From positions 11,732 to 21,750 of the forward strand of contig JBHEMM010000004.1 in NCBI GenBank assembly GCA_046262595.1: DNA of 10,019 nucleotides. Direction: 5' to 3'. The position numbers and the translations under genes are program-made. Positions 6,756-10,019 of the stretch are shown in pieces. The notes below the pieces were generated by a model that did not search any database, was not told where the DNA came from, and was given only the letters and a program-made list of their open reading frames with translations. Source of the stretch: Vulcanimicrobiaceae bacterium (GTDB taxonomy: Bacteria > Vulcanimicrobiota > Vulcanimicrobiia > Vulcanimicrobiales > Vulcanimicrobiaceae). Positions within the stretch are counted from its first letter, which is position 1; every line of letters begins with the position of its first letter.

Positions 6756-9560
6756 GTGTTTAAAAGCCGGCTATTTTTTTTAGCAGTCATCGCGCTTTTA
6801 CTGACGGCCGGAGCGCCGCAGGCATCGCTTGCGCAAACCGCGGCGCAAGTTTCCGTCACGGGCAGAGTTTCCGACGAAAACGACTCGCCGATCGCGGGCG
6901 CGGACGTTTCGCTGCGCGGCCCGTCGCGCCAGCATACGACAACCGATGCGGCGGGAGCGTTCACGCTGAACGGTCTGACTCCCGGCATCTACGTTCTGGC
7001 GGTTTATAAGGCCGGATACGCATCGGCCGTCCAGAACGACGTCACGCTTCTGGGCGGCCAAACCACGTCGCTTGCGGTGCGCCTGCAGCGCCAAACGTTC
7101 TCTTCGCTTCGCACGATCGCGAGCGTGCGCACGAACGGCCGCGGGATCAACACCACGCCCGCCTCCGTCGACGTGGTGACGAATCAGACGTTCGTCGACC
7201 AGGCGCAGCCGCAAGTGACGCGCGTCCTGAGCCAAATACCGGGCATCCAAATCTCGTTTCCGTCGAATTCGGCAAACGCGGCCGCCCCGGGTTCCATAAC
7301 GGTGCCGAATATCCGCGCGGCGACGTCATATGAAACCGCTTCGCTCATCGACGGCCATCCGATTTCGGTCGGGCAGTACGGCGACAACGTGACGACGTTT
7401 TTGAACAGCTTCATGTTCGGCAGCGTTGAAGTGGTCAAAGGTCCCGGCGCGGACGCACCTGAGGTCAATAACGCCATCGGCGGCACGGTGAACTTCCGCA
7501 CGAAGGACCCCACGATCGCTCCGCTCGCGCAGTTCGTCACCAGTTTAGATACGCGCGGGGGCAGCTTCACGAACTTCGGTTTCTCCGATACCGTCGGGCG
7601 CTTCGGCTTCGTCATCGATGCGGCGACGAACGACAACCCGTCCGCGCTCAGCGGCAAGAACGTATACTACGACCCGTCGTACGGCGCGGTTCCGGCCGGC
7701 GTGCTCAACGGCAACGCCTCCGGTACCCAGGTCGGCAACACCGCAAGCAACTTGACGACGCAGTATCCGCTTATCGCTTGCTGCTTCACGCTGTTCGGCA
7801 ACCTTGACCAGACGGCTGAGCTCTTCAAAGTGCGTTACCGGCTCTCTCCCGCCACGACGTTTACCGCGAGCTACCTGGGAAGCCAAACGGTCAGCGATCA
7901 AAACGGCAACACCTCCGCCTTCATTCGCTCGCAGTTTACGCCGGGTCCGGGATACACCGGGTCGCTGCCCGCCGGGCCGATTGACGTTGCGAACGTCTAC
8001 CCCGGCGGATTCAGCGGCGAGTTCAACAACGAGCCCATCGTTCAAGGCGAACTCACGAGCACGCTCGGCAAAGGAACGCTGCTCGCGCGTTATTATAAAG
8101 CCACGATAAGCCGCTACCAGTACCAGGGCGGAACGCCCGACCAGCTCGACTACAACGCCGTCAAACTGTACGGAACGTCGACGGCCGATCCCGTGAACGT
8201 GCCCGGCAGCTTTGAGGGAACGTTTAACGGCAGCGGCGCGAACGTCGGCTACGCAACGTTCTATCGCGAGCCGGAGCTCGACAAACTCACGGGCGGCTCG
8301 TTCGAATACCAGCTGCCGATCCTGGACAACGACATGATCTCGTTTTCCGCCGAACAAACGGCGGCTCAAACGATCGATTACGTTGAACTGCCCGGCCCAA
8401 GCTACCAGTTGGCGCTTCCGCCGGGAACGAGCCAATTGCTCTCGACGTACCTGCTGCGCGGGCATTTCTACCTCGGACGCAAGCTCGAATTGACGCTCGC
8501 AAATTACTTCAACACTTACAGCAGCACGTATGCGGTCGACTGCGCCGGAGGCTGCACCGACGATTCGGCGCGTTTCGGGACAGGCGTCATCTTCAATACG
8601 ACGCGCAACCGGCACGACGATCCGCGCGTGGGCCTGGTGTTTCACGCAAACCCCTCCACGGCCGTACGGTTTGCCGCCGGCAGTTCGATCGCGCCGCCTT
8701 TTATGGGCCTGTTGAGTCAAATTGCCTCGCCGCCCTCGTTCAACGGCAACGTGGCCATCGAAAGCGAGAGCAACGGCAATCTCAGGCCGGAGACGGGCTT
8801 CGGCTACGACCTTGGCGCCGACGTACGTCTGCGCGATGCGACCATCGTCTCAGGCGACGTTTACCTCACGAACTTGTTCAATCGCTTCTTCGGTCAAACG
8901 GTAAACAGCGGCCTCGTCTGCGGCACCGCGAATCCGTGCACCGGCGGCGCGCCGAACGGAACACCGATTCTCAACCAAACGAACACCAACATCAGCAACG
9001 CGCGTTTCGAAGGCATCGAATTGACCGTTCGCCGCCAGCCTTCCGTCGGTTTGGGCTACAACCTCTCCGGCGCGCTGCAAAAAGGCTACTACTACAATCT
9101 GCCGCCGTACTTCTATTGCTCCGTTCCGGGGCCCGGATGCACGTACGACCAGAACCTCAACGTCCTTGCCGGGCAAAACACCAACGGCATACCGGTTGGC
9201 TTCTACAACATTTCGTACAACGGCAACATGCGCATCCCGTACGCGCAAGGCAACGGCGAGATCTCGTACACGTTCCGAAACAAGGCGTACGCCGAGTTTG
9301 GCGCGACGTATTACGGAAACAACAACTCGCTCAACGAACCGCCGTTCTTCATCGGTTACGCGACGCTGCGCTACCCGCTGTCGAACGCAATCGCACTGCA
9401 AGTTTCGGGCGATAACATCTTCAACCGCTATCCCGGTTATCTGCCCGTTTTGGGCGCCGGCGTGCCGATCGGTCTTGCGAACGGACAAACCGGCGCGACG
9501 ACCGGGAATGTGCTGGGCCCGTCGACGTGGCGTCTCGTGCTCTCCACGCGGCTTCCGTAA
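6756..9560 (+). CDS. TonB-dependent outer-membrane receptor with N-terminal carboxypeptidase-regulatory-like domain, 934 aa
   Basis: Signal peptide MFKSRLFFLAVIALLLTAGAPQASLA. Beta-sandwich segment VTGRVSDENDSPIAGADVSL...GLTPGIY. Plug motifs LSQIPGI, LIDGHPI, VEVVKGPGA and GGTVNFRT. Barrel motifs DPRVGLVF, NGNLRPETGFGYDLG, ARFEGIEL and GDNIFN. GTG 6756 is preferred over 6738 because of the SD. Confidence 0.9.
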   Translation: MFKSRLFFLAVIALLLTAGAPQASLAQTAAQVSVTGRVSDENDSPIAGADVSLRGPSRQHTTTDAAGAFTLNGLTPGIYVLAVYKAGYASAVQNDVTLLGGQTTSLAVRLQRQTFSSLRTIASVRTNGRGINTTPASVDVVTNQTFVDQAQPQVTRVLSQIPGIQISFPSNSANAAAPGSITVPNIRAATSYETASLIDGHPISVGQYGDNVTTFLNSFMFGSVEVVKGPGADAPEVNNAIGGTVNFRTKDPTIAPLAQFVTSLDTRGGSFTNFGFSDTVGRFGFVIDAATNDNPSALSGKNVYYDPSYGAVPAGVLNGNASGTQVGNTASNLTTQYPLIACCFTLFGNLDQTAELFKVRYRLSPATTFTASYLGSQTVSDQNGNTSAFIRSQFTPGPGYTGSLPAGPIDVANVYPGGFSGEFNNEPIVQGELTSTLGKGTLLARYYKATISRYQYQGGTPDQLDYNAVKLYGTSTADPVNVPGSFEGTFNGSGANVGYATFYREPELDKLTGGSFEYQLPILDNDMISFSAEQTAAQTIDYVELPGPSYQLALPPGTSQLLSTYLLRGHFYLGRKLELTLANYFNTYSSTYAVDCAGGCTDDSARFGTGVIFNTTRNRHDDPRVGLVFHANPSTAVRFAAGSSIAPPFMGLLSQIASPPSFNGNVAIESESNGNLRPETGFGYDLGADVRLRDATIVSGDVYLTNLFNRFFGQTVNSGLVCGTANPCTGGAPNGTPILNQTNTNISNARFEGIELTVRRQPSVGLGYNLSGALQKGYYYNLPPYFYCSVPGPGCTYDQNLNVLAGQNTNGIPVGFYNISYNGNMRIPYAQGNGEISYTFRNKAYAEFGATYYGNNNSLNEPPFFIGYATLRYPLSNAIALQVSGDNIFNRYPGYLPVLGAGVPIGLANGQTGATTGNVLGPSTWRLVLSTRLP

Positions 9561-9568
9561 AGCCTGCG

Positions 9569-10019
9569 CTACCGCCGGTGGCGCGATCCTTTGCGTTCTG
9601 CGGGACGCTTGATCGCGCCGTTGCGGCGGCGCATCGGCACCACGTTGCTCGCACGCGATCCTTCGCCGAGATCGACGGGCGTGATCACGCGTTTGCCCAA
9701 AGCGTGGTACAAAACTTCCGAGAGTTCCTCGACGGGAATGAACGTCATCGTGTCGCGCACTTCTTTGGGGATGTCGTCGAGATCGATCTCATTGCGCTTG
9801 GGCAGTAAGACGATCTTGATTCCCGCGCGCTTTGCTCCGAGCACTTTTTCCTTGAGGCCGCCGATCGGCAGCACTTGACCGGTCAGCGTGATCTCGCCCG
9901 TCATCGCGACGTCGGGATTCACTTTGTTGCCGGTGAGCAGCGAGGCGATTGCCGTTGCGAGCGCGATGCCCGCGGATGGCCCGTCCTTCGGCGTTGCACC
10001 GGCGGGCACGTGAATGTGC
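9569..10019 (-). CDS. lon: ATP-dependent Lon protease (LonA), C-terminal proteolytic domain (5'-partial)
   Basis: [17 protein letters not shown] carries the catalytic Ser (codon 9976-9974). [21 protein letters not shown] carries the catalytic Lys. The stop is TAG at 9571-9569 and the frame is open to the right edge. Confidence 0.97.
   Translation of the reverse strand, partial: HIHVPAGATPKDGPSAGIALATAIASLLTGNKVNPDVAMTGEITLTGQVLPIGGLKEKVLGAKRAGIKIVLLPKRNEIDLDDIPKEVRDTMTFIPVEELSEVLYHALGKRVITPVDLGEGSRASNVVPMRRRNGAIKRPAERKGSRHRR

Noticed and set aside
2079..9488. Long antisense ORFs (2079..3473, 3670..4890, 7545..8720, 8850..9488) and many short alternative-frame ORFs
   Set aside because: They lie opposite or within well-supported genes, show no recognisable motifs, and are expected from stop-codon scarcity in GC-rich DNA.

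Overview
GC-rich bacterial window with a diderm envelope (it encodes a TonB-dependent receptor). The receptor architecture resembles Vulcanimicrobiota/Eremiobacterota, but this is inference only. Left to right: a minus-strand class V PLP aminotransferase (alanine-glyoxylate/serine-pyruvate type) runs off the left edge and is missing from the ORF track. Only 37 bp away, a divergent five-gene operon is chained by 4-nt stop/start overlaps: selD, glpK, glpD, an aldo/keto reductase and a cysteine dioxygenase-family cupin. Next come a separately promoted TonB-dependent receptor and the convergent 3' end of lon. Main points: (1) selD is a selenoprotein, with true start at 1249 and an in-frame TGA at 1291-1293 in the active-site G-U-A-S-K motif, followed by SECIS-like hairpins. 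(2) glpD is broken by two single-base frameshifts and is internally compacted. (3) The cysteine dioxygenase keeps the mammalian-type Cys/Tyr crosslink pair. (4) The aminotransferase C-terminus switches abruptly into a very GC-rich hexapeptide repeat, either a chimeric join or a fusion. (5) The selD-glycerol-AKR-CDO linkage is unusual. No mobile elements, CRISPR arrays or RNA genes were recognised.
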